From NCBI GenBank assembly GCA_964410185.1, contig CAYPFM010000003.1, positions 150,119 to 214,118 of the forward strand: a stretch of 64,000 nt of DNA, given 5' to 3'. This DNA is from an uncultured Candidatus Saccharibacteria bacterium (GTDB taxonomy: Bacteria; Patescibacteriota; Saccharimonadia; Saccharimonadales; JAUPVS01). The notes under the pieces are model-generated. The model was not told the DNA's origin and searched no databases. It saw only the letters and a program-made list of their open reading frames with translations. This document shows, one piece after another, positions 9,969 to 18,704 of the stretch (positions within the stretch are counted from its first letter, which is position 1; the number at the start of each line of letters is the position of its first letter). The translations under genes were made by a program, and so were the position numbers.

Positions 9969-11439
9969 TTTTCCCTAAGGTTATTGTGCCATCGGTAGCA
10001 TTTAGCGTAACAAAATCACCGTCCTTAAACTCCTTTGTGGCGTTCGAAACTCCAATTAGACATGGCTTATTTAGTTCACGACTTACCACTGATGCGTGAG
10101 ACAGTAAGCCTCCCTCCTCCGTGATTATGCCACCTGACATATTCATAATTTCAATGAGATCGAAGTCAGTACCAATTGCAACCATGATGTCCCCTGGCCT
10201 CATCTTTTCGGCATCATATTTAGAATGAATTACCTTAACGACTCCACTCGCCTTACCGGGAGATGCACAAACACCGCGAATATAATGATCACTACTCACT
10301 GCTTTGGCGGTCCGCTTAATCGTACTCTGTCCTATATTCATGTCTTCTGAACGCACGAAGCACACGCCGTCGTGCTGACGTGCTTGAATAACTTCCTTCT
10401 CGACCTTCTGTCCCGTGTCGATGAGCGTGCTGAGCTCGGCAACCAGGTAAAAGTCGATTGCAGTTCGAGACTCTTTTGTCCGTCGTGCAATTTCATCTAA
10501 GACCCGAAGCCGGCGAGTTACTGTTTCGCCAAGCTTGGCCTTATTCTGGTCTCTAAAGACGCCGATAGCTGCCATAAGCTGACACAATTCGGTCAGGGCA
10601 GGATCATTAAGATGTTTTAGAATTTTTTGACTCGATTCTCGTAGCTGTGCGATATTCTTTCGCGCTTCGGCTGCCGATAGCAAGGCCATAGATGGTTTGT
10701 ACATAGACTCGTATTTTTTAACGTAATCTTCCTCTGTGGGCGGCAGCTCACCATATGCACAATGTTTTGGTGCCCACTTGCGAATATGAGAGAGAAACTG
10801 CTCTTTTACGGCCTTATCCTTAAGTGGTGACTTTGCGCCGGCCTTACGGCCTTTCTTAACAACTTTTGCAAACGCAATTTCTTCTTCTTGAGCGACCGTC
10901 AGCTCTCCAGGAGCAATAATTTGAGCTAGCAAAAGATTACGATCATGCGCACTTGGTTCGTATTTTTTTAGTAGAGTATTCAGAGCGTAGTTCAGGCTAT
11001 ACTCGATTTGTACCACGTTTAATTTATAGATATCCCCCATCGGATAATCAAGAATGTCGATGAGTAGTAGTGCTAGCTCTTTGTCGGTAAGCTTAGGGAG
11101 ATCCGCGTTATCAACCTTGGCAATAATCTCATCAATAAGGTCGTACGTGGGATTTAGAATTGCAAATATTTCACGTACTAGAATAGGGTCGACTGCCAGA
11201 AACTTCTGCGACAGCCAATGTTGCAAATAGATCCACTCTTCAACTGGTGCGAACGACTCCACAATACCGTCTTTGAAATTCGTAATAGTGTGCCTAAACC
11301 GCAAAGAGTTAATGCGCGGCCAGTGACGATTATAGAGGTTATGCAAGCTTTCGGCTGCCACCAAGTGAGTAACCTTACGCATATTAATGCGTTGCCAGTG
11401 CTTGTCGTCTAGACGTGGCGCCTTTTGTGCAAACAACAT
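9949..11439 (-). CDS. PEP-utilising-enzyme mobile (swivel phosphohistidine) domain protein with a large helical N-terminal domain
   Basis: Start moved to MLFAQKAP (AAGGAG RBS). The C-terminus GVCASPGKASG...GGIITEEGGLLSHASVVSRELNKPCLIG is the PEP_mobile signature with the catalytic His. Confidence 0.7.
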   Translation of the reverse strand: MLFAQKAPRLDDKHWQRINMRKVTHLVAAESLHNLYNRHWPRINSLRFRHTITNFKDGIVESFAPVEEWIYLQHWLSQKFLAVDPILVREIFAILNPTYDLIDEIIAKVDNADLPKLTDKELALLLIDILDYPMGDIYKLNVVQIEYSLNYALNTLLKKYEPSAHDRNLLLAQIIAPGELTVAQEEEIAFAKVVKKGRKAGAKSPLKDKAVKEQFLSHIRKWAPKHCAYGELPPTEEDYVKKYESMYKPSMALLSAAEARKNIAQLRESSQKILKHLNDPALTELCQLMAAIGVFRDQNKAKLGETVTRRLRVLDEIARRTKESRTAIDFYLVAELSTLIDTGQKVEKEVIQARQHDGVCFVRSEDMNIGQSTIKRTAKAVSSDHYIRGVCASPGKASGVVKVIHSKYDAEKMRPGDIMVAIGTDFDLIEIMNMSGGIITEEGGLLSHASVVSRELNKPCLIGVSNATKEFKDGDFVTLNATDGTITLGKNGKAKH

Positions 11440-11440
11440 T

Positions 11441-12172
11441 TTACATTGCTCCTTTTTTAGCAGAATGCTCAACCATTGCCCGGTAAATCTCGGCATTATT
11501 GACATTAAAGGCCGGCTCATCAAGGGCATATGCCGCCAGTAGGCCGCCCTCTATCATCGTGTCATTAAACGGATCTTCTTTATGGGTATCGAGCGCGCGA
11601 ATACGCCTGAGCGCAATCTCATCAGGATCAACGATATAGGCACCGATATTGATGAGGTCCGTTGCACTTGTGCGTTCGACTCGCTCCCACGAGTCAACGT
11701 AACCATTATCGTCAACATTAAACCGTGCTCCGCCAAAAGTTGGCACACTTGGAGCAACCAATACTGACACCGGTCTGTCATGACCATCGTGAAAAGCGAG
11801 GAATTCGGACCATTTAAAATCTGCCCAAAAATCTCCTGCGGCCATCAGGGACTGGTCGCGGCTACGAAAGATATCTAGATATAGCGGCCCTAACGGCCCC
11901 GTTATATTACGATTTACCAGAAGCTGTATGTCTTGAGGAGTATCAGGGTGCTCACCAATTGGTCGAATCGTATCATAGTTAGCGTATAGCTCGACGTTTG
12001 CGATCTCCATAGCCTGACGAACGATTCTGCCAATCAGTGTCTCTCCAGCTCCCGTAGGAAGTAGTTGCTTTGGTGTGTCCTCGGGGAATCCAAGTTGCTC
12101 GATACTCGCGCGCATTCGCTCGCCTTTACCAGCAGCAGATACTGTAATTACTTTGGGGTTGCGTCTCGCCAT
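11441..12172 (-). CDS. nucleotidyltransferase (sugar-phosphate NTP-transferase fold)
   Basis: VITVSAAGKGERMR N-terminal GxGxR motif. Confidence 0.55.
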   Translation of the reverse strand: MARRNPKVITVSAAGKGERMRASIEQLGFPEDTPKQLLPTGAGETLIGRIVRQAMEIANVELYANYDTIRPIGEHPDTPQDIQLLVNRNITGPLGPLYLDIFRSRDQSLMAAGDFWADFKWSEFLAFHDGHDRPVSVLVAPSVPTFGGARFNVDDNGYVDSWERVERTSATDLINIGAYIVDPDEIALRRIRALDTHKEDPFNDTMIEGGLLAAYALDEPAFNVNNAEIYRAMVEHSAKKGAM

Positions 12173-12174
12173 TG

Positions 12175-12771
12175 TTATTGCACTCCCCCAGCCAAATTCA
12201 CTTGTGGAGTTTGAATGCGCGCTATCTGTTCTCGCAGCAGGACAACATTATCTTCAAATAGTTCGTTCACGTTCTGAAGAACAACTAAATCGCACTCGAT
12301 TTCGCTGGCTAGTTGTCCCATGAGGGAAAGTTTGGCAGCCTGTTCGTCCTCAATCTGCTTCGCGCTAAGCACTATGCTTTTCCGTTCGCCACTCTCATTT
12401 CTGCGAGCTACCCTCTCTTCGATTAGTTCTGGCGGGGCTGATACGAATACGTATGCCGTTGGGTTGAAAATATCTTCCATTTCTCGGTCATAAGCATAAC
12501 CAGTGCCTTGAACCGCATCACGAACTGCATGACACGTTACGATGACAGGCTGAACCTTCACGACATGCCTATAGGCACTAATCTGGGCGTGTCTTATGCG
12601 TTCCGGGGAAGCGGTCGTCATCATCGCATCGCGATCCATCGCCAGCGCCTCTCCGACAAGTGTTCCAAGGTTAAGTGTATTGACTGTTTTGTTAGGGTTT
12701 GCAGCGTTGACAAGGTAGTCTTTCCCGACACCAGTCAAGCCTGTTATGCCTAAAATATTGTTCTTGCTCAT
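12175..12771 (-). CDS. P-loop kinase (adenylate-kinase-like fold)
   Basis: ILGITGLTGVGKDYL Walker A; 198 aa. Confidence 0.45.
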   Translation of the reverse strand: MSKNNILGITGLTGVGKDYLVNAANPNKTVNTLNLGTLVGEALAMDRDAMMTTASPERIRHAQISAYRHVVKVQPVIVTCHAVRDAVQGTGYAYDREMEDIFNPTAYVFVSAPPELIEERVARRNESGERKSIVLSAKQIEDEQAAKLSLMGQLASEIECDLVVLQNVNELFEDNVVLLREQIARIQTPQVNLAGGVQ

Positions 12772-13538
12772 TTCTGCTCCTCTTTAAGTGTAGTGATGGG
12801 ACGGGCTTGTAAGAGATAGACATTTTTACCCTTAACCGCCCATTCTATGTCGATTGGTATTCCGTAATAATCTTCAATAGCTATCAGATGGGGTGCCAAC
12901 AAAGTCGCAACTTCATTCAGTACACTCTCTTCAATAGTCTGCTTGCCACGGCGCAACGTTCGAACCATACCGGTCAGCTTGTTTAGCCGTACCGCTGAAG
13001 GCGTCATCTTTCCCGATACCAGGCTTTCGCCATTGCCAGCCACTATTTCGATTAAAGCTATGCGCTCGTCCTTCTCAACTGGATCAACAGAAAAAGCTAC
13101 GCCTGCATAGTCGGGAGAAATCATTTCCTGCACGATCACAGCCATACTATCGACTGACGTAGAACGCTCATGATTATACATATCGCTACGGCTTGAATCT
13201 CTTGACTCGTATACCTTACCGATAGCCGCAGGGATACCGGCATAGGTCACATCAAGATACGTTTCAAAAATTCCTGCATACGAATTGTCGGTACCGTCTT
13301 CGCCAACACCGGATGACCGTACAGCGTATAGCCTGCCCGGCTTCACGAAGCTAAGCTTCTTTAGCTCGTCTGAAATTTCGCTCCTCGTGGCATTTTCAGC
13401 CCTTTTTGAGTTTTTCGCAGGAATAACCGCAACAGCAGGAACGGGCAAACCAGCTTTAATTAACTTCTGCAGGTTATACGCTTTTCCACCACCCTGATTG
13501 GCTAAAACTCTGCTGCTTTTTGTAAGCTCTACAAACAT
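12768..13538 (-). CDS. PEP/pyruvate-binding ATP-grasp domain protein (PPDK_N)
   Basis: Start moved to MFVELTKSS (the track start is a TTG). GGGKAYNLQKLIKAGLPVP and IDIEWAVKGKNVYLLQARPIT. Confidence 0.7.
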   Translation of the reverse strand: MFVELTKSSRVLANQGGGKAYNLQKLIKAGLPVPAVAVIPAKNSKRAENATRSEISDELKKLSFVKPGRLYAVRSSGVGEDGTDNSYAGIFETYLDVTYAGIPAAIGKVYESRDSSRSDMYNHERSTSVDSMAVIVQEMISPDYAGVAFSVDPVEKDERIALIEIVAGNGESLVSGKMTPSAVRLNKLTGMVRTLRRGKQTIEESVLNEVATLLAPHLIAIEDYYGIPIDIEWAVKGKNVYLLQARPITTLKEEQK

Positions 13539-14395
13539 TGCAACTCTCTTTCTAGGGGTAATGCCATGCAAGCAAGGCCGCCGCCCATTTTATGTATCTC
13601 TTCTATTTCTACAGTGTGGCATTTGACACCAGCGGCTTCAAGCCTTGCCTGTGTGTTTGGCCTATTTGCGGGCATCAAAACTTCTCGCGGGCCGAGCGTG
13701 ATGATATTAAGAGCAAAGCCGTTGGTAATTTCTGAGCCTTCGTCAAAATCCACCACTCTAAAGCCTCCTATACTGTCTTTGCAGTAAGTATAACGACGTA
13801 ATATCAAACCCTCATCAACAATATGCAATGCCCCTAAGAGGTGTTGGGGAATTCGAGTGATACTTGCCTTTATTGCTTTGATTGTAGTCTTGGGAAAGCT
13901 TTCTGCAAGGACCGTTTGCGTACCTTTGCTAGTTCTCAGCCCTGAGTATAGACATAATTGGCTTGTGCTTAGGACAAAGAGGTCAGCTCCCTCCATTGTG
14001 TTTTCTCGCAAATCGTCTCTTATGTGCTTAGCATAGCTACTGTCGTTGTTGCAAAGGAGTTTCGCTAATTTCTGTGGCTCAGCTTTTCGAATTTGATGCT
14101 TCATATTTGCAAGCATGATCGTCTGATTAAATACGAATGCTGTATCCCTAAGGAAAATCATATTTGATGTTTTTTCTGTCTCTGCACCCCTGTCTTCCAG
14201 TACAACAACCTCAACGCCAAGTGATTTAAGTTTTGAAACAATACCCGAAAACTCCTTTAGGACTTTAGTTGGATCAGGACTTAACTCATACATGTGGCTT
14301 TGAATATCTTTCACTGTAATTTCCGCCAGCCTAGGTCTGTACAGCGCAACCCGTTTTAGGCGGAGGTATTCGTTATCGTATTGAACTAATGCCAT
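13529..14395 (-). CDS. guanidino-group-modifying enzyme (amidinotransferase/DDAH fold)
   Basis: The C-terminal HKMGGGLACMALPL places the catalytic Cys as in the amidinotransferase/DDAH/ADI superfamily; 288 aa. Confidence 0.55.
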   Translation of the reverse strand: MALVQYDNEYLRLKRVALYRPRLAEITVKDIQSHMYELSPDPTKVLKEFSGIVSKLKSLGVEVVVLEDRGAETEKTSNMIFLRDTAFVFNQTIMLANMKHQIRKAEPQKLAKLLCNNDSSYAKHIRDDLRENTMEGADLFVLSTSQLCLYSGLRTSKGTQTVLAESFPKTTIKAIKASITRIPQHLLGALHIVDEGLILRRYTYCKDSIGGFRVVDFDEGSEITNGFALNIITLGPREVLMPANRPNTQARLEAAGVKCHTVEIEEIHKMGGGLACMALPLERELQCL

Positions 14396-15666
14396 GTTTC
14401 CTCCTCCATTGAATAACCAAGCTCTGACTGTAATTCGACCACTTCCTTGAGGAGTGCCCCGGGCAAGTTTTGTCCAAGATTCTTAAAAATTGTTCCACGT
14501 TTGAGCCAACGATAGGCGCTCGGCGTCTCGGTACTCATAACAGATCGCGACCAGTCATACTTTGTCGTGTCGACACCAGTTAGTTCTGTCAGTTCTTTAT
14601 AAAAACCATCTGGATCGGAGTAAAAGTGCTCGAATGTTAACTGCTGGGTTGGCGTAAATCGTTCAATTGCACTACGGTGAGCAGCAAGCCACTGTTGCGT
14701 GCAAACCTCAAGCAATGGACGATTAGTGAAGTCTTCCCAGTCCTTGAAGAGATCAAAGCACCAGTATGTTCGCGTCATGTCAGTGATAGAATAGTCTTCA
14801 ATCTGCAGAGGTTTTGTTATACCGACAGGATTAGAAATAAAATCAATCTCATTTTGTTGCCAGCCATCCATTAGTCCGTTTGTGGTTTGAACAAATCCAC
14901 GAGTAAGATGCACGTACGCAATTGATGCGTTCGGGAAAAGCTCTTCGTAAAAACCCGGCCTATACACATCGGAAGGCGATTTAAAAAGAAGCGTCTTTTC
15001 ACCAAGCTCCTGATCTGTCGCCAGTCTTGCCACAGGTATGGTAATGAGCGGAGGGTTTTCCAGAGGAATGCCAAAACTCCGATCTGGGAAGTCTTCAATT
15101 CGTGTTGGTTGCGGTTTTGGCACAACTTGGCTAATTTCGCTATTTACCTGAGCCCATTTAGCTGCGTCAAACTCGCCGGCCTTGGGTAGCAACGAGAGGG
15201 TTCTGTGGAAACCAGGATCGTCGTCCTGCCGCCTAATAACAAGTCTGTTCCATAACTGTTGACGTAATGCCTCACCGTTTGCTGCTGCATCACGTACAAG
15301 TAAATCGTTCCTAATCAGCCGCAGGAGTTGCTCTTTCTGATGGACAAACCCATTTGTGTCATCAGAGTCAATAAAAGGATACTTATTTTCTGTTAGCGAT
15401 AGCCATGCTTCATGCTCGCCTGCTGGTGCAGCTACCTCACCAGTGCTACTCAGAGCTTTGAAAATAAGACTAGAGCCTGAGCGTGAAGCGCAAAGTACTA
15501 CAATGACGTTTTCGACTGCCTCATTCCAACCCTCCGGCCCTTCGACTAGATCTAACCGGGAAAGTATGTCTGCATTAGCTTCTCTGTAGGCATCAACAAA
15601 AGTAGGGTCTTGGTGGACTTTGGGTTGCTCGGGTAATACGGGTTGTTCGCCTGGCATGGTAGTCAA
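14386..15666 (-). CDS. sulfotransferase-family protein (first gene of the operon)
   Basis: VIVVLCASRSGSSLIFKAL matches the 5'-phosphosulfate-binding loop. Confidence 0.45.
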   Translation of the reverse strand: MTTMPGEQPVLPEQPKVHQDPTFVDAYREANADILSRLDLVEGPEGWNEAVENVIVVLCASRSGSSLIFKALSSTGEVAAPAGEHEAWLSLTENKYPFIDSDDTNGFVHQKEQLLRLIRNDLLVRDAAANGEALRQQLWNRLVIRRQDDDPGFHRTLSLLPKAGEFDAAKWAQVNSEISQVVPKPQPTRIEDFPDRSFGIPLENPPLITIPVARLATDQELGEKTLLFKSPSDVYRPGFYEELFPNASIAYVHLTRGFVQTTNGLMDGWQQNEIDFISNPVGITKPLQIEDYSITDMTRTYWCFDLFKDWEDFTNRPLLEVCTQQWLAAHRSAIERFTPTQQLTFEHFYSDPDGFYKELTELTGVDTTKYDWSRSVMSTETPSAYRWLKRGTIFKNLGQNLPGALLKEVVELQSELGYSMEEETWH

Positions 15667-15685
15667 ACTCCTGAGAGTTGAGTAA

Positions 15686-15714
15686 TTTATACCATTAAAT
15701 TATAAATACTGCAA
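15686..15714 (-). promoter_or_regulatory. sigma70-like promoter of the 11-gene operon
   Basis: Minus strand TTGCAG-N17-TGGTATAAA, then CAGGAG RBS and ATG at 15666. Confidence 0.45.
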
Positions 15715-15788
15715 TGGTAATTATTGGGGTGGTGCATCTTTGTTATAGCTTCCGACTCGAAGCAGGCCACTGCATAAACTTTTACTAC

Positions 15789-16652
15789 CTAGCAGCGACT
15801 TATAAAATTACTAAAGCCGGATGACACGACCAGCCCGTTGTCGATGGCTTTGGGATAGGCCGAAGCGAGCCAGTCAGTATAGGCACTAAGCTCTTCTGCG
15901 CTCATAGACTCCGTGGCGCACTGAAAAGGCAGAACGAGGTCGGTGTAGGTGCGATCTAGCTCCAAGAGCAATCGCATGGCTTCAACCGTTTCGTCGTTCA
16001 TGCCAAGGCTTACAAGCTCATCGTGACTCAGCGTACTATCGGTACCAAAAAATTGGGCCATCTTTCGGTTCAGAGACTTTGGCAATTCCAAGGCTCGTTG
16101 AAAAGCCGAAAGTACCTTGTCGGTTTCGGCGTATTGGCTGGGCGCCTTGGCAAAACCAGCGTGTTTATAAGTTGTGTAGTTTAGAACAACGCCGCGCAAA
16201 ATGCCCTTCTCGTAGGAGGATTCGGCAACTTGCTGGATGGTCGGGTCAGTTTCGCCTACCGCCCAATCGGGATTGGCTATGCTAGCTGCCAGGTGTCGGC
16301 TAAACAAAAGGTCGTACATCCGCTCTTTGCGGGCGGCGACATGCTCGTCGGCTGGCCATACATTGGCCTCGATTTTGACGTGCGTCTCAGTGCCAATATC
16401 GTCGAGTACCGCATTAATCTTCCGAACTACCACCGGCTCTTCGGCCGGCATTTCGAGCGTATAGGTCACCAAGACGTCCAGGTCACTGCGGACATTAAAC
16501 CTGCCGTCCGGGACCGAGCCATGAACGACCGTCAGCCGCGTTTCGTCGAGTTCACCAACCAGGCTCATAACCGCTTCGGCCGCCCTTAGATGCCCATCTG
16601 TGTCTGGTAGGTGGCCGTGTGCCAGTTCGGCACCTGAATATACAACTCCCAT
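15789..16652 (-). CDS. pol-beta-superfamily nucleotidyltransferase with a helical C-terminal domain (antibiotic-NTase-like architecture)
   Basis: VVHGSVPDGRFNVRSDLDVLVTY = GS-X10-DxD minimal NTase motif. Confidence 0.55.
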   Translation of the reverse strand: MGVVYSGAELAHGHLPDTDGHLRAAEAVMSLVGELDETRLTVVHGSVPDGRFNVRSDLDVLVTYTLEMPAEEPVVVRKINAVLDDIGTETHVKIEANVWPADEHVAARKERMYDLLFSRHLAASIANPDWAVGETDPTIQQVAESSYEKGILRGVVLNYTTYKHAGFAKAPSQYAETDKVLSAFQRALELPKSLNRKMAQFFGTDSTLSHDELVSLGMNDETVEAMRLLLELDRTYTDLVLPFQCATESMSAEELSAYTDWLASAYPKAIDNGLVVSSGFSNFISRC

Positions 16653-16685
16653 AAGTAATATTGACTATACAATGATTGTCAGCAA

Positions 16686-17390
16686 TTACAAACTGCTTAT
16701 CAATAAAACCAGTGCTAATGGGATAATAAACGGCAGTCCTACAATTGCTACGTAGACGTATTGGCCAGCGCTGTCATCTGCTTTCGCAAAGTCTGGACCA
16801 AGTAATCGGGCGGTAAAATCGTGCGAGCGACTCAGGTAATTTGTTTGGGTCACTACATAACTCATTATGTACTGGAGCTGCACGGCCACTACCAAGAGTA
16901 CGCCACCAAACCGGGTGGTACTGCCATAGTAACCAAGAATGGCAACGAACAGCATGACGATTGAATAGAAAGATAGAACAACACCGCTTATCTGCTGTTT
17001 AAGATCCAGTTGTTTACCGCGAAAAAATAGACGAGTCAGCAAGAATGGCACCGTCCCAAGTAGCACCAGTGGCCAATTCATCGGTGGCGGTGTGACCGAT
17101 GGGCCGTGCAACGAGCTCGACAGCATTGACATCACCGTCATGGCCGCCAGGCACCAGAGCGCTGCCAAGGGAACGAGGCCTAGGATCTTTACAATCAACC
17201 ATGTTTTGGAACCAAACAGGTACTTCGCTAATCCAAATAGCTGCCACGTAATGAGTACTCCCAAGGCAATCGCAAGCGTCATAAAAGCTTCGTAGCCACT
17301 ATGCCCAAACAGATAGGCCGTCGTGGTACTAAACGCTGCTGCGCATACAAGATAGATGAGTGGTGTTGTTCGCTTGTTTATCACGCTCAA
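16686..17390 (-). CDS. polytopic membrane protein
   Basis: 234 aa, about 7 TM helices. Confidence 0.45.
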   Translation of the reverse strand: MSVINKRTTPLIYLVCAAAFSTTTAYLFGHSGYEAFMTLAIALGVLITWQLFGLAKYLFGSKTWLIVKILGLVPLAALWCLAAMTVMSMLSSSLHGPSVTPPPMNWPLVLLGTVPFLLTRLFFRGKQLDLKQQISGVVLSFYSIVMLFVAILGYYGSTTRFGGVLLVVAVQLQYIMSYVVTQTNYLSRSHDFTARLLGPDFAKADDSAGQYVYVAIVGLPFIIPLALVLLISSL

Positions 17391-17440
17391 AGTATAGCAA
17401 ACATCGAAGTTAAGTCATTTAGGCATTAAGCAGGCGCGAA

Positions 17441-17647
17441 TCACCCGAGGGTAAAAACTTCTTCTACAGGCACGCCGAACACATCAGCAATAGCCAACGC
17501 CAACGCCACTGAGGGAGCATAATCACCACCCTCGATAACGTTAATCGTTTTGCGCGCAACACCTACTTTTTTGGCAAGCTCATCTTGGGTGAGCGACTGT
17601 GCTGCCCGTAATAGCTTTAGATTATTGCGCAATTCCCGATTAGGCAT
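17441..17647 (-). CDS. XRE-family HTH transcriptional regulator
   Basis: 68 aa; SLTQDELAKKVGVARKTINVIEGG. Confidence 0.8.
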   Translation of the reverse strand: MPNRELRNNLKLLRAAQSLTQDELAKKVGVARKTINVIEGGDYAPSVALALAIADVFGVPVEEVFTLG

Positions 17648-18083
17648 CGAGCTGACCGCCCTTGCGGACCATGATAATCCACGAGATACCTAGTGTCATT
17701 GCCAGAAAGCCAAGTACACCCTGGTAGTTGTTGCTTCCTAAAAATACCGCCAACAAAACCCCGGTACTTAAAAAGTCGAAGGCTCGAGCCTTAGCACGAT
17801 CAGCGATAAGCTCTTGGTATTCATCTTTGGAGTTACGAATCAGCCTCATGATGACCGGTCGCGTGTACAGTGCCACAAACACCAACACCCACACGCAGGT
17901 GCCGATCCAGTTAAACCAGCTGGGAATCTGACTTATATGTTTGGTTGACTGCAAAATAGCCAACACAATATTTATAACACCAATCAGTATAAATAAAACG
18001 CCGGCAGTGAGCAGCTTAACGCTCTGGCGTTGCATAAGTTTTTCTACGTCTTGGTGCTTTTTTGCAGTACTATGGGCGCTCAT
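17640..18083 (-). CDS. membrane protein co-transcribed with the XRE regulator
   Basis: 147 aa, four TM helices; 8-nt overlap with the downstream XRE gene. Confidence 0.5.
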   Translation of the reverse strand: MSAHSTAKKHQDVEKLMQRQSVKLLTAGVLFILIGVINIVLAILQSTKHISQIPSWFNWIGTCVWVLVFVALYTRPVIMRLIRNSKDEYQELIADRAKARAFDFLSTGVLLAVFLGSNNYQGVLGFLAMTLGISWIIMVRKGGQLDA

Positions 18084-18094
18084 GTGAATCCTTT

Positions 18095-18150
18095 TGTTAC
18101 GTTTACGTTACATAAAGTAACAAATAGGTTACTTTCTTGTCAATAGCTTC
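18095..18150 (-). promoter_or_regulatory. promoter with GTAAC repeat operator candidates
   Basis: Minus strand TTGACA followed by AGTAAC-N6-GTTACT dyad and GTAACGTAAACGTAAC direct repeat just upstream of ATG 18083. Confidence 0.35.
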
Positions 18151-18161
18151 TTTTGAGTCAT

Positions 18162-18276
18162 GAACCCCGCTGCCGGTGGTTGGTTAATTTGCTTTGGCAG
18201 GTTGAGGCATGAACGCTGCGCTTCCGCTTGCTGCACGTGCTCGGTGCCAACACCTGCGTGAGCTCCTTGACGTCGA
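18162..18276. repeat. repeat copy A (GC-rich hairpin module plus 73-nt core)
   Basis: Core 18204-18276 aligns without gaps to 19698-19770 at 57/73 identity. Confidence 0.6.
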
Positions 18277-18295
18277 CGAGGATAGAACTTTGTAT

Positions 18296-18661
18296 CTACA
18301 AAATACTGTGCACTAAAAGCGCTGCTAAAGGAAAATATATAGCTTCGGATATAATGCCAGCTATGGCTTCTTTTTTAGAGTAATCTGTTAGGTATACTTG
18401 GCCAATTTCAGTAATTGCGAACATTGCGAACCAGATAAAACCGTATAATAGCCACTTGTCGTCAAATGTTCCATTTGCTAATAAAAACAGCGTAATAAAC
18501 CCAAAAACGGTTGCCAACTTTTGAATAGTTATGCCAACAAAAAACACGAGCTTCTTTTCGGGCTCTTTTAGACCAAAAAACTTTGTGAATATACCGTAAA
18601 CCAATATGGGGACGATAAAAATAACTAGAAAAGCCAGAATCGATACAACGGTAGTTTTCAT
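18296..18661 (-). CDS. integral membrane protein
   Basis: 121 aa, four TM helices; downstream of czcD. Confidence 0.5.
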   Translation of the reverse strand: MKTTVVSILAFLVIFIVPILVYGIFTKFFGLKEPEKKLVFFVGITIQKLATVFGFITLFLLANGTFDDKWLLYGFIWFAMFAITEIGQVYLTDYSKKEAIAGIISEAIYFPLAALLVHSIL

Positions 18662-18704
18662 AACTTAATTATAGCCCCGAAACTGAGCTCAACCGCAGGA
18701 AAGG

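Noticed and set aside
13529-14395. Canonical arginine deiminase (arcA) of the Saccharibacteria arginine deiminase system
   Set aside because: The product is only 288 aa, whereas arginine deiminases are roughly 400 aa. No arcB or arcC neighbours are present, and the operon context is unrelated. It is called only at superfamily level.
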